From a virus (Duplodnaviria > Caudoviricetes), in the IMG/VR virus record IMGVR_UViG_3300042534_000372, positions 1-56,714 of that record: a DNA stretch of 56,714 bases; one strand, given 5' to 3'. Below the pieces are notes generated by a model. That model had not been told where the DNA came from and searched no databases. It saw only the letters and a list, made by a program, of their open reading frames with translations. How positions within the stretch are numbered: position 1 is the first letter of the stretch; each line of letters opens with the position of its first letter. Shown in pieces: positions 29,176 through 39,549 of this stretch. Made by a program: the position numbers and the translations under genes.

Positions 29176-29874
29176 TTAGTATTTTTCGTTGTGATCGAAT
29201 TTTCCTGCGTTTTTAATGTCAATTTTCTTTGGTGAATTTTGCGCGGAACTTACATTTTCGTTTTTTTCCCAAGTTCTTATGCAAGCTTTCCAATCTTTCA
29301 TTTTATTTTTCCCGACCAGCCAGCCTTTAGATTCGTAAAAGTCAAAGAATTTTATAGGGTCAACATTGTTTTTCCTTTCAATACAATAAGCTTTTAATTG
29401 CTCTGGTGTGGGTGGCAAAAATCTTTTTGCCCTTATTACTTCTTTAACTTCTTTTACTTCTTCTCTTTCTTTTCCTTCTTTAGTTGTTGTTAGCTGTGTG
29501 TTACCTGTCTGTTGTCTGTCTGTTACCTGTCCGTTGTCTGTCTGTTGGTCGCCTTGATAACTCTCATAATTACAAACAGTTAACCGTGTTGTTTTTCGTA
29601 AGCCTTGCGTAGTGATCATTAAATCTTTTTCTAGCAATTTAAAAAAGGTTCTTACTTTCTGAATTGACCATTTACCTCCGAATCGTTTAGCCCATGAATT
29701 AAGGCTATAAAGAGATTGCCCCCTCTTGCATTCGATTAATTCCCCATCTATAAGGTCTTTATTATCCACGTAATTAACAGACATAAGGATAACACACCAC
29801 GCTTTGAACTTCTCAGCATCGGAAAATACCCAATGCTTCTGTATGTCCCTGCTTAGTTTTATCCAATTTGCCAT
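29176..29874 (-). CDS. Replication initiator / replisome organiser
   Basis: WIKLSR, KRGQ...S, TVCNYESYQ, FFDFYESKGW...MKDWKA motifs; internal CTGT repeats near 29506-29543 may be iterons. Confidence 0.85.
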   Translation of the reverse strand: MANWIKLSRDIQKHWVFSDAEKFKAWCVILMSVNYVDNKDLIDGELIECKRGQSLYSLNSWAKRFGGKWSIQKVRTFFKLLEKDLMITTQGLRKTTRLTVCNYESYQGDQQTDNGQVTDRQQTGNTQLTTTKEGKEREEVKEVKEVIRAKRFLPPTPEQLKAYCIERKNNVDPIKFFDFYESKGWLVGKNKMKDWKACIRTWEKNENVSSAQNSPKKIDIKNAGKFDHNEKY

Positions 29875-30236
29875 TATTTAGCCTCCTTTAACTCTTCCTT
29901 AGTAATATAATATTCTTTTGGTATTCCAATTGCGTAACCTTTTGAGCGTAGGAAGTCTACTATCTCTATAGTAACTTTCCAGTTGAAATTATTAACATCT
30001 TCAAATATTAATCTTCTTAAATAGATATAAAATAAATCCCATTGCATCCATAACTTACCAAGCTTTGAACATTCTCTTAAGTCATACTCTGTAATATCCT
30101 TAAGCTCTTTTAGGATTAGCCTTGAATCTGAATGTATTGCATCGTATAAGCTTGATTGCGTTAATAGCAAGCCAGTTAGACCTTTCTTATACTCACATCC
30201 TAAATATCTTCCAAACCATTTTATTTTTTCATTCAT
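29874..30236 (-). CDS. Hypothetical protein
   Basis: ORF track. Confidence 0.65.
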   Translation of the reverse strand: MNEKIKWFGRYLGCEYKKGLTGLLLTQSSLYDAIHSDSRLILKELKDITEYDLRECSKLGKLWMQWDLFYIYLRRLIFEDVNNFNWKVTIEIVDFLRSKGYAIGIPKEYYITKEELKEAK

Positions 30237-30641
30237 TTCAAATTCTCATTTAATTTATTTTTAATATCTTTTAATTCTGACATTATAATACTAAAATATA
30301 TAGATACCATTGATACCATAATAAAAGTTATCAATGTAATGAATCCAATAATATCTCCTAATACCAATTGTGTTGTTTCCATTTTAAAAAGTTTTAAATT
30401 TTAAGTCAAAAAAAATTACAATTCAATAACAGTTTTACCCATTAATTTACGTGTTTTTACTTTCTTTTCTTTTATCCTAGAATAAACAGTCTGTATTGTT
30501 TTACCGATGTGTACTGCGTAATCAGATATCTCTAAATATTGTTTATCTCCTACTTTAATCATTTTTAAAAAATTCAAGTTAATAAAAGCCGACTATCTTA
30601 ATCGGCTTCTACAAATATAGCGATAATTATCGGAATGGCAA

Positions 30642-30875
30642 TTATTTTGTATAAAAAAACATTAAGTACGCCCCGAATATACACAATGCTAAAAGCCAAT
30701 TTATAGGTTTTGAAAATACCGATCGTTCTGGCTCTTCGACTTTATTTACTAACTTATCTCGCTCAATGCTATCTAGAACTTCTATTGTTTGAACCATCAC
30801 TAATCTATCATTTGATGATACTTTGATGCCTCTAGATCTTAAAATATGTGTTACTTGGTCTAATCTTTTCATCAT
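30642..30875 (-). CDS. Hypothetical membrane protein
   Basis: C-terminal TM segment. Confidence 0.55.
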   Translation of the reverse strand: MMKRLDQVTHILRSRGIKVSSNDRLVMVQTIEVLDSIERDKLVNKVEEPERSVFSKPINWLLALCIFGAYLMFFYTK

Positions 30876-31062
30876 GGTTTTAAGTTTTAACTATTCGTAC
30901 TCTGGCACTCCTTGATTCACTGTTATGAATGATAATGCAGTATTATTACTACTAAAGTATTTTTTTGCACCATCTGGACACGTTACTCTAAAATCTTGAA
31001 ATGATTCTAGGTGACTGATGTTTTTTGATTTCACCACTTTAATTTTATAAATTTCTTTCATT

Positions 31063-31326
31063 TTATTTGGATTGCTCGATTAATACTATACTTTTTAAAT
31101 TACTTTCTCCATTTAAAAACATTTCGTAATTAAAATAAATATTGTTTTTCTTTTGGAGGATAATTTCTTTAGCATCTATTTTATTTAGAAAAACTTGAAA
31201 AACTTTAAATCTGTACGGCTTCTTTGGATAGTCGTGAATATTTCTGTGAAATTCACACGCTACGTTATCGCCTTTTTTAAGATTCAGAATATCTTCTAGT
31301 GATGTAATCGGTTTTACTTTAATCAT
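31063..31326 (-). CDS. Hypothetical protein
   Basis: ORF track. Confidence 0.6.
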   Translation of the reverse strand: MIKVKPITSLEDILNLKKGDNVACEFHRNIHDYPKKPYRFKVFQVFLNKIDAKEIILQKKNNIYFNYEMFLNGESNLKSIVLIEQSK

Positions 31327-31331
31327 TGGGT

Positions 31332-31559
31332 TTAGTTTTTAAATTCGTTTAACATTTCAATTATTTCATAGTTTACAATCTCAGGATTGACTAAGTAATC
31401 ACGAATGAAGTACTTTTCGGTTGTTGTAAAAGAGTTTCGCCTCAACTTCTGGTTAATCACACCTTCGGCATAACCCAACGCCTTAGAAAGCGTTGATTGA
31501 CTTATTCGTTTTTCAAACAGAGTAGCACGAAGCCACTCTGCATAGGTTTGTTTTTCCAT
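31332..31559 (-). CDS. HTH protein
   Basis: ISQSTLSKALGYAEGVINQKLRR; likely start MEKQT. Confidence 0.65.
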   Translation of the reverse strand: MEKQTYAEWLRATLFEKRISQSTLSKALGYAEGVINQKLRRNSFTTTEKYFIRDYLVNPEIVNYEIIEMLNEFKN

Positions 31560-31560
31560 A

Positions 31561-32091
31561 TTATTCGGTTTTAAATATTTCAAATATTTCTGCCGTGTCG
31601 TAAAATGCACCTTTATATATCCAACAAAAACAACCATCTTGCTGTGTTGTATCGCAATGCTTCAATAACCACCTACCAAAATGTATAGGAGCTTTAAGAT
31701 CTTCAATTAGACTGTAATGCTTAATGATGCCAACAATCCAATATATGCTTAAATCAGAGCTATGTATTGAACTGTTACTTTCCTTAATTAATACATTATA
31801 ATTTTCTTTAGAAATTGAAATTATGCAATTATCATTTTCAAATTTACCATCATTATCAAACTCCACGCCGTGCGTTGTCATGTAGCTATTTATAACTTCG
31901 TGTGTTGTCATCTCAATATATTTTAAAGGTTCGCAATAAATACAAATCGGTTTAGTGTTGTTTGTTATAGCATAATTGCATCCATCAATATAATACTGTA
32001 ATTCTTCAATATTATATGTTTTTTTACACTTGTAGCAAACCCCGCTTTTTTGCGAGGCTTTGAATTTGGCGTTGTGGTGATTATCAGCCAT
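31561..32091 (-). CDS. Hypothetical protein
   Basis: ORF track. Confidence 0.6.
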   Translation of the reverse strand: MADNHHNAKFKASQKSGVCYKCKKTYNIEELQYYIDGCNYAITNNTKPICIYCEPLKYIEMTTHEVINSYMTTHGVEFDNDGKFENDNCIISISKENYNVLIKESNSSIHSSDLSIYWIVGIIKHYSLIEDLKAPIHFGRWLLKHCDTTQQDGCFCWIYKGAFYDTAEIFEIFKTE

Positions 32092-32348
32092 TAGATTTGA
32101 GATATTAATCCTTTTTTACTTTTATAGTAAACCATCTCTAAAAGATAGTTGAAATCTCCAACCTTTGGAAAACTCATTTCTACATCTACGATATATAAAG
32201 CTTCTTTATAAGCTATTCCGCAATTTTGAGCATCGAATAGATCGGTTAATCCCATGCTAATTCTTTTATCTACTAAATTAACTAGCATTTTAACAGCTCT
32301 CATTGATTTCTTAGTTGCTTTCATTATATCTGAGTTTAAAGTTTTCAT
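32091..32348 (-). CDS. Hypothetical protein, first gene of the leftward early operon
   Basis: TATATTTG element near 32389-32396 (minus). Confidence 0.6.
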   Translation of the reverse strand: MKTLNSDIMKATKKSMRAVKMLVNLVDKRISMGLTDLFDAQNCGIAYKEALYIVDVEMSFPKVGDFNYLLEMVYYKSKKGLISQI

Positions 32349-32468
32349 CCGATTTAGTTTTAAGTGTTATTATTCGTTTTCCTTGATACAAATATACAAT
32401 ACTTTATTTGATATACAATAGATTAATGCAAATAAAAGATATGTTAGAAAACATGTTATCTTTGGAGT

Positions 32469-32843
32469 ATGGGAGAAATAGAAATTATAAAAGGGAATAT
32501 TCCTAGTAAATCAAATAGTTACAGGATTATTAAAATTGGTAAGCATTCGAGTTTAGGCAAGACGAAAGAATTAAAATCTTACGAGGATAGTTTTTATTTT
32601 CAATGCAGAAAATACCGCAATAAAAACATTCAGGGAGAGTTTAAGTTTGAATGTAAAGTTTATTACGATTCTAAGAGACCAGATTTGGACGGAAGCTTTA
32701 AAGCGGTGCTAGATTGTCTTCAAAAACTAAATGCCTTTAAAAACGACAATAAGTGTGTAGAAATACACGCAAGGAAATTTAAGGATGTGAATAACCCAAG
32801 AATAGAATTTAAAATTACAGAAATTAAAGATTGGAAATATTAA
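32469..32843 (+). CDS. rusA: RusA-like Holliday junction resolvase
   Basis: PSKSN, RPDLDG..KAVLDCL...NDN, NPRIE motifs. Confidence 0.85.
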   Translation: MGEIEIIKGNIPSKSNSYRIIKIGKHSSLGKTKELKSYEDSFYFQCRKYRNKNIQGEFKFECKVYYDSKRPDLDGSFKAVLDCLQKLNAFKNDNKCVEIHARKFKDVNNPRIEFKITEIKDWKY

Positions 32844-33310
32844 TTAGATTTATCTCTTGTAGTACCTAAACTCAAATTATTATTTAGCTTAAATATGGCA
32901 GTTGTTCTAAATCTCTCTAATTCTTCCTCTTTTATATTCATGTATCTATCTCCAAATATGCAAAATAAATCTGCTACAGTTATGGCTTTTTGTTTTTCTA
33001 TCTCTATGTAAGAAATTAATGAAATATAAATACCCATTTCATTATGAAGTCTTAGTTCTGCATCTTTTAAATCACTCTTTAATGATATAATATTTTCAGT
33101 GGTGGCTAGTGTGGCTTTAATTGTTGCAATATCTTCTCTGGTTTGGATCATAAACATTATAAACAGAATAAGCACAATGCTGCATCCAGCGACAAAGCTT
33201 TTAATTATAAAAAGTAAAGTCTTATAACTTTGGTTAATCTCCGCATTTGAGATGATTAATTCATCAATTTTTCCGGCCATTTCTGCATGCATGATAAATA
33301 AGTATTGCAA
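32840..33310 (-). CDS. Membrane-anchored hypothetical protein
   Basis: One TM segment; probable start near 33280. Confidence 0.55.
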   Translation of the reverse strand: MQYLFIMHAEMAGKIDELIISNAEINQSYKTLLFIIKSFVAGCSIVLILFIMFMIQTREDIATIKATLATTENIISLKSDLKDAELRLHNEMGIYISLISYIEIEKQKAITVADLFCIFGDRYMNIKEEELERFRTTAIFKLNNNLSLGTTRDKSN

Positions 33311-33653
33311 TAAAAAACAACACTAATAGTAAAAAATAAGAGTATTCAGAATTTGATAATAACTCCCTATATAGTTCGTAATCTGCATTAGATTTAAATG
33401 CTGTTAATAACCTTATTATAGTAGGTACTATTAAATAACAACCTACTCCAATAGCAAATAAATCAGACGTTTTATTTTGCCCTATAAATAAAGCACACAA
33501 AGCAATTATAAAGGCATCCTTTAAACTGAATGAATAGATAGCCCAGAAAACGCTTTGATCTGCCGTAAATAGCAAATAAATAACAGTTAGCACCGCAAAG
33601 GCACTAACTGTAATGATGAATTTTCTAACCAAGTTTATCATGCTCTGGATCAA
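33264..33653 (-). CDS. Multi-pass membrane protein
   Basis: About four hydrophobic segments. Confidence 0.6.
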   Translation of the reverse strand: MIQSMINLVRKFIITVSAFAVLTVIYLLFTADQSVFWAIYSFSLKDAFIIALCALFIGQNKTSDLFAIGVGCYLIVPTIIRLLTAFKSNADYELYRELLSNSEYSYFLLLVLFFIAILIYHACRNGRKN

Positions 33654-33750
33654 TTGTTTCTTCTTCCTGAACTTCTTCTGGCTCGTTGTAATTCACAAAA
33701 CATTTTTTCATAACGTAAAATTTAATTAATAATTATAAAGATAAGTAAAA

Positions 33751-34173
33751 TTAATTTGGTTTTGGAACTGTGAATAAAAAAGGATTATCTCCAATTACCA
33801 AAACTGGAAGGTCGATTGTTAATATCTCAACCTCTATATCATACGGATCTGCCTTAACTGCAATACTTACGATGGCCTGAAATCCGTAATCTGATAAGAT
33901 ATTCCATGCTAATATCTTGCCGTTATTTATATTAAAATCACTAAATCCGTTATAATTTCTAACTATTGCCGTGAAATTAATATCAGTAAAGTAAGGCTTA
34001 TTAAGTGTGAATATAATTGTGTATGTAGCATGTGTAGAATCTACCCTAACTATATCAGCAACACTTATACTTACATTTACAGCTTTTACTTGATTATCCC
34101 CTAGAAACATCGCATTCTGAGCTTGACTAAACAAGCTCAGAAATACAAGTATTATAAAAATTAATCTTTTCAT
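33751..34173 (-). CDS. Signal-peptide-bearing beta protein downstream of the tail fibre
   Basis: MKRLIFIILVFLSLFSQA-Q. Confidence 0.65.
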   Translation of the reverse strand: MKRLIFIILVFLSLFSQAQNAMFLGDNQVKAVNVSISVADIVRVDSTHATYTIIFTLNKPYFTDINFTAIVRNYNGFSDFNINNGKILAWNILSDYGFQAIVSIAVKADPYDIEVEILTIDLPVLVIGDNPFLFTVPKPN

Positions 34174-37100
34174 TTAGTTGTAATTTAATCCGTATGTAAC
34201 ATTTAAATTAACTCCATCATACCACCAAGAGATAATATCTACAGAATTGGTAGTGCCTGTTAACGTTACTATACCAGCACCTCCATTTATAACTTTTGGT
34301 GTAGGTGACAGTGTTAATGTTCTTCCTCCTGTTACATCTTGTTGCACTCTAATATTACCACTCATTCCATCAATTAGATTAGTTAATGTTGCGGTGGTAT
34401 TACCCGTAAGCGTTATTTTAGCATTTACAGAGGTAGAGCAGTCGTAAGTTGGTGTTGTTCCTGAAAGTGTCTGTGTTGCTTTTTTGAATACGTTAGTTGC
34501 TGTTACTGTACCACTCATAACAGCATTACCTGTAACGTCTATACCTGACGAATTAATTTTAAACAGATCAATAAAAGTACTAGAGGTTGTCATTTGAGAG
34601 AACACATATGAGTCGCTAGTAGCAAAGCTTGTAAATGTATTAGTGAAATTAACCTCTGCATTCCCATTTGACCTATTCCAACTTATAGCCAAGCCTGTAT
34701 CTACTGACGGCAATGTTGTAGTGTTACCGTTGGCATACATAAAACCACTAGCAGTAACATTACCACCAGTATAATTACCACTAGTATCTATACGAGTAGT
34801 TCCGTTGGTTGAAATAGTAGAAGCATTCCAAGGTACTGTACCTAGATTAGAATTACCTGAGTGGTAAACAACTTTCTGAGTCAATCCAATGATCGGAGAT
34901 CCTTCAGCGGTTGCTTGTTCAGCTGCAATCCCTAAAATTAACCCATCAGGTACAAGTTTAACATATGATCTATTACTAGTAATAGGAGTACTACTTACAT
35001 ATCCGCTTGAGTTCTCGTTATGCTTAATTCCATAACCAATAAAAGGGTACGATGTACCACGCTCAGATCCAAAAGTTACAATATTTCCAGACGTATATTT
35101 ACCTAATAGAAAATTAGTTCCAGATGTAGAATTATTAGTTCCAAATGTTGTTGTTGGAAACGTATTATTAATATTCTTTAAAGCAACATTACTACTTAAA
35201 TTTCCATCTGCTAAAGTTCCTGTTGAGTTTGCTAATGCTAAGTAATAAGAACCATGTTGAGAATCTAATAAGTCAGCATTTAGATTAGTATTTAATGTTG
35301 TGCTTGTTGTGGCGTATGGCTGAGTTCCTGTTGCTACATTTGATATAAAATTAGAAGCTGTTACTGTACCACTCACAACAGCATTACCTGTTACGTCTAT
35401 TCCTCCACTAGCTTTAACTTTTAATACATCATCATTACCCCAAAATCCTATTCCAACAGTAGCTAATGAAAGATTACTATTGTAATTATATCGAACAACA
35501 CCAGCTTCATTAAGAATCTCCCTTTTACCAAAAATACCAAAAGACACATTAGCGCCTGATCCTACATTAGGCTGTTGTATTCTAAGTCTATTTTTTGTAT
35601 TGTCACTAATTAAGTTGATTTGATTACTAAAGTTACCACTACCACCAGTATAATTCCCCGAAGCATCTATGCGAGTAACTCCTGCTGTTTGTATTCCTGT
35701 TGTGGCGTTAAATACTGTTCCATTAACTTGCCCCGTAAATGTTGCACCTGTCAATAAAGCGTATAGTCCTAGATTTGGTTTATTTGTAAAATTATTATAG
35801 TCCAAATAATAACTACCAAGCTGACTATTTAATAATTGGGCATTTAGATTAGTATTTAATGTTGTGCTAGTTGTTGCGTATGGCTGAGTTCCTGTTGCTA
35901 CATTTGATATAAAATTAGAAGCTGTTACACTAGCACTGAAACTTCCACTATTGGCATTTGTCAGATCTCTGGCAGAATTAAAAATACCAAGTCCACCAAC
36001 TGAATAAGCATAAGCGTCTACATTTCCTGTATTTGTATTAAATTTTATAGGAAGTCCTGACACTCCACCATACTCTCTAATTGTTAATGTTGATGCGGAA
36101 GTACCTATTGCTTCAACAAATTGACCTGCTCCAATCGGATTCCAAACAGACCTACCACCATCTAATAATATAAATTCACTAGCAGTAATACTATTTGTAA
36201 ATGCATTAGCAATATCAAGGCGAGGAATATTAGTTATAGTTGTTGCTACACCCCCTAAAGTTGGCGTTATTGTTATCGTGTTGTTTAATTTAGTATTGCT
36301 TAATCCTTGAATTTCGTTCGTAGTACTGTTGTCGTTATCCGCAACGCTGAATGTAGTATTTACACCTGTTCCACCTGTGCCTATTGTAACATCTACACCA
36401 ACCTTACTAGATGTTGATGTAATGTTGTAATTTCCAGTCGTTGGGGATTGTCCGTTTATGGTTCTTGCTATCTCTGCATATATTACAGCGTCTTCTGTTG
36501 GATTAACTATTACTCCAAGCCCAGCTGAACCAGTTTTCACAGAAGGAGTATCGCTAAGATCATCAAACGAACTTGCGCCTACACCTCCTGTTCCACCCCC
36601 AGAAATATTTGTTTTTGTCCAGTCGATATAATCCACTAGCACCCCAGTTGTCGGATCTGTGCTTTGTCTTGTTCTTGACTGTACGGCATTACCATAATTA
36701 GTTCTTGTTTCAAAAATGACCGTTGCTACTGGTGCTAGTTCTGAAATTGGAAACTGACTAAATAACAAATCCTGAATTTCAGTTAGTGCCCCAGTTCTAG
36801 CCCCTGTTAATGTTGTATAGTCAGCCTGCCCCATTACCGTTCCAGTCTTATCGCCCAAAGTGTTTGATACAAATAGGTGATATAAAACAAAATCGCCGTT
36901 CGTAACCTCTGTTTGTTGCCATGTTCCAGCTACGTCCTCATTCCATGCAGCGCGACCTGTCCCAGTTGTTAAAATTGGGAATCCTGGTGAATCTTGCGAT
37001 CTCCATTCTGTTGTACCTTCTCTATAAAATACCGTATAACCAGTCGTGCTCAACACAGATGGGATTGATGTTATAATATCTTGATTTCTTATTACTCCAG

Positions 37101-38322
37101 AGCCATGCCCGAATTGAGCATCAGCCGCATCATTTCCAGTTCCTCCAGTTTGTATGTCAACTATTCCTAACCCCTCTAATACAACACATTTGTGCAAGTC
37201 CCAGAATGTAGACCATGTATTACCATTCATATCGAATGTATGTCGCATGTCGTTTGCGAACACAGTTGTATTATTTAAAGCATCCCAGTACATCCTAGAA
37301 GCTCCTGATTTTGAAGAATAAATATCGCGAACCTGTGATTCTGACTGATTGCTTGCTGTTGTCAACACACCTTTATCAAAATATACATCTACAGTACCTT
37401 CTATATCTGGCCATATAACGGATGGATTATCAAAGGTGTATTTAATTCCATCTTCGTATGTGTATCCTGATCCTATTATCTCAAATGTCCTAGTACCATC
37501 AATTGGTGAAAGTGTAGTTGAACCAATAATATCACTAGACCATCCTCTGGGGCTTATTACTTCTTTAGTATAACTTTCTACCAACGGATTTACATATATC
37601 TCCCCATCTGTTATGCCTAATTTCTTAACAACTCCTATGTATATATTAAAATCACCACCTGTTGCTTGTTCGTCTGTAATAAATCCATCATTACCAAGGT
37701 ATATATTATCACCAACAGCTACCCCAACATATAACGCCGAAACATTACCTTGAATTAATCCAAATCTTGTAACATTACCAGTTCCACCAGATCCTATGTC
37801 CTCAGTTGTTACGCCTATAATTCTACTCTTGTCAAAACTTGATTTGTCTGCCAGTTGAATGCTTAATCTATCAGATATTGAACCGTCAACATATACTACT
37901 TTTAAATTACTAATCAATGAAGCTGTGTTGTTGATTACTAATGGATTAAGAAGCATCCTACCTATAAGTATGGCATTTATTCCATCAGGAGTATATACCA
38001 GAGATTGAAATATAGAATCTAAATACAACTTACCCTTTTCGAATGATAGATTAGAAATGTTTGTATTAAACATTATAGAATCGAATACCATCCCAGCAGA
38101 TAAAGCATTTGCATTGAAATAATCTAAATTTAAAGCATCTTTCCCAGCTGTTGGATCTTGAACATTTACAACCTTATTCCCATTCATATCTAGCGAAAAT
38201 GTCGTACCGTCTTCACCAATTGATGCGCTTTTGTAAATTCTCAATTCATCACCCGCTACATTCTGACCCTGTGCAAATATTGAACTAAAAGCCAATATTA
38301 ATAATAAAACTATCTTTCTCAT
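34174..38322 (-). CDS. Tail fibre-like protein with N-terminal signal peptide
   Basis: 1382 aa, G/T/N/S-rich, NLNADLLD and shaft repeats, at the end of the tail module. Confidence 0.8.
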   Translation of the reverse strand: MRKIVLLLILAFSSIFAQGQNVAGDELRIYKSASIGEDGTTFSLDMNGNKVVNVQDPTAGKDALNLDYFNANALSAGMVFDSIMFNTNISNLSFEKGKLYLDSIFQSLVYTPDGINAILIGRMLLNPLVINNTASLISNLKVVYVDGSISDRLSIQLADKSSFDKSRIIGVTTEDIGSGGTGNVTRFGLIQGNVSALYVGVAVGDNIYLGNDGFITDEQATGGDFNIYIGVVKKLGITDGEIYVNPLVESYTKEVISPRGWSSDIIGSTTLSPIDGTRTFEIIGSGYTYEDGIKYTFDNPSVIWPDIEGTVDVYFDKGVLTTASNQSESQVRDIYSSKSGASRMYWDALNNTTVFANDMRHTFDMNGNTWSTFWDLHKCVVLEGLGIVDIQTGGTGNDAADAQFGHGSGVIRNQDIITSIPSVLSTTGYTVFYREGTTEWRSQDSPGFPILTTGTGRAAWNEDVAGTWQQTEVTNGDFVLYHLFVSNTLGDKTGTVMGQADYTTLTGARTGALTEIQDLLFSQFPISELAPVATVIFETRTNYGNAVQSRTRQSTDPTTGVLVDYIDWTKTNISGGGTGGVGASSFDDLSDTPSVKTGSAGLGVIVNPTEDAVIYAEIARTINGQSPTTGNYNITSTSSKVGVDVTIGTGGTGVNTTFSVADNDNSTTNEIQGLSNTKLNNTITITPTLGGVATTITNIPRLDIANAFTNSITASEFILLDGGRSVWNPIGAGQFVEAIGTSASTLTIREYGGVSGLPIKFNTNTGNVDAYAYSVGGLGIFNSARDLTNANSGSFSASVTASNFISNVATGTQPYATTSTTLNTNLNAQLLNSQLGSYYLDYNNFTNKPNLGLYALLTGATFTGQVNGTVFNATTGIQTAGVTRIDASGNYTGGSGNFSNQINLISDNTKNRLRIQQPNVGSGANVSFGIFGKREILNEAGVVRYNYNSNLSLATVGIGFWGNDDVLKVKASGGIDVTGNAVVSGTVTASNFISNVATGTQPYATTSTTLNTNLNADLLDSQHGSYYLALANSTGTLADGNLSSNVALKNINNTFPTTTFGTNNSTSGTNFLLGKYTSGNIVTFGSERGTSYPFIGYGIKHNENSSGYVSSTPITSNRSYVKLVPDGLILGIAAEQATAEGSPIIGLTQKVVYHSGNSNLGTVPWNASTISTNGTTRIDTSGNYTGGNVTASGFMYANGNTTTLPSVDTGLAISWNRSNGNAEVNFTNTFTSFATSDSYVFSQMTTSSTFIDLFKINSSGIDVTGNAVMSGTVTATNVFKKATQTLSGTTPTYDCSTSVNAKITLTGNTTATLTNLIDGMSGNIRVQQDVTGGRTLTLSPTPKVINGGAGIVTLTGTTNSVDIISWWYDGVNLNVTYGLNYN
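35276..35928. repeat. 89-bp intragenic direct repeat (35276-35364, 35840-35928)
   Basis: VTASNFISNVATGTQPYATTSTTLNTNLNA encoded twice with 2 nt differences. Confidence 0.9.
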
Positions 38323-38324
38323 AT

Positions 38325-39548
38325 CTATTGTTTATTTATTATCGTTTGTAAAGTTATTGTAGCACTTGCGCCAACTCCTGTTATCTCAATGTAAGCCGTG
38401 AATGATGCACTTGGATCTGATTGATTTACGTAATTACGTGCAATATTTTCAACTACTTCGGAGCTTAGCACGGTTGTATCTCTTAATATTTCGCTACCGC
38501 TTGGTGTTGTGCCTATTCTAACAGTAACACTAGCCCCTGCTGTTATTTGTATCGTTATTTGATTTAGTGAATAACCACCATCTATCACAAGTTGTTGTGA
38601 TCCACTTGCATTGCTTTTAACTTTTGGTATTACTGCTGCCATGTCGTTATTATCTATTATTATATATCCCTGATCATCTGAATTAAGAGCTACCGAATTT
38701 GATTCTGTTATCGTTCCTGTTAATACAGGATATGTGTAATTTGCAAAATATTCAAATTCAAAATTATCATCAGATGAATACTTTGCGTTGTTTATGTAAA
38801 AGCTATCCACTTTAGATAAAATAGACATTTTAAACAGTAAGTATGGTGCGACCGCCTCTGTTTTTAATTCAAATACTCTTTGGGAAATAGATTTTAAGAT
38901 CGTTAAGCTACCTTGATTATCGTAATTATCTATCTCTCCGCCCATTTGTTGCTTACCAACATGTCCATTCATCCAGATATTCACCTCAAACGGATCACCT
39001 TGGATTCTATCGTTACCCCAATAATTATATATTTGATTACCGCTATTTGATGCCAATACTTTAAAGTGATTTGGTATTGTTTCGTAAGGAAACTTAGTCC
39101 CGTCTGATCCGTATCTATAGTTTGTAATCGACTCGACAATATCAAATGGTTCTGACTGGAAATACAAATTATTTAATTCTAGTGGGTTTGTTGCCTTAAT
39201 TGTCATATAGTAGGTTCCTGCTGGATATCCCGTAAATTCGAACTCATAAAACGCATACCAACCATTTAAAGGATCTGTCGCTTCGATTACCTTAAATACA
39301 ACTATTGAAGTTTCATTACCTAAAGAATCTATAAGCAAAGCTTCTATAGTAGATCCAGTATTAATATCGTAATCTGTCTTTAATTGATTTCGTATCTTAT
39401 CAGAAGATATAAATTTTTGCCTGTCGGAACCCCTCACGACACCAATAAACTCTTCTTCACACGAAAGTGTATTAGAATAGTTTGGTAACAGTCCGTTTCT
39501 TGCCTTAAACTCAAGGTCGTTTACTGGTGCTATTTCAAATGTAGCCAT
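38325..39548 (-). CDS. Minor tail protein
   Basis: Synteny in the tail module. Confidence 0.65.
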   Translation of the reverse strand: MATFEIAPVNDLEFKARNGLLPNYSNTLSCEEEFIGVVRGSDRQKFISSDKIRNQLKTDYDINTGSTIEALLIDSLGNETSIVVFKVIEATDPLNGWYAFYEFEFTGYPAGTYYMTIKATNPLELNNLYFQSEPFDIVESITNYRYGSDGTKFPYETIPNHFKVLASNSGNQIYNYWGNDRIQGDPFEVNIWMNGHVGKQQMGGEIDNYDNQGSLTILKSISQRVFELKTEAVAPYLLFKMSILSKVDSFYINNAKYSSDDNFEFEYFANYTYPVLTGTITESNSVALNSDDQGYIIIDNNDMAAVIPKVKSNASGSQQLVIDGGYSLNQITIQITAGASVTVRIGTTPSGSEILRDTTVLSSEVVENIARNYVNQSDPSASFTAYIEITGVGASATITLQTIINKQ

Positions 39549-39549
39549 A

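Noticed and set aside
35276-35928. Diversity-generating retroelement TR/VR pair
   Set aside because: No reverse transcriptase seen; both copies are in frame within one gene and differ by two synonymous changes.
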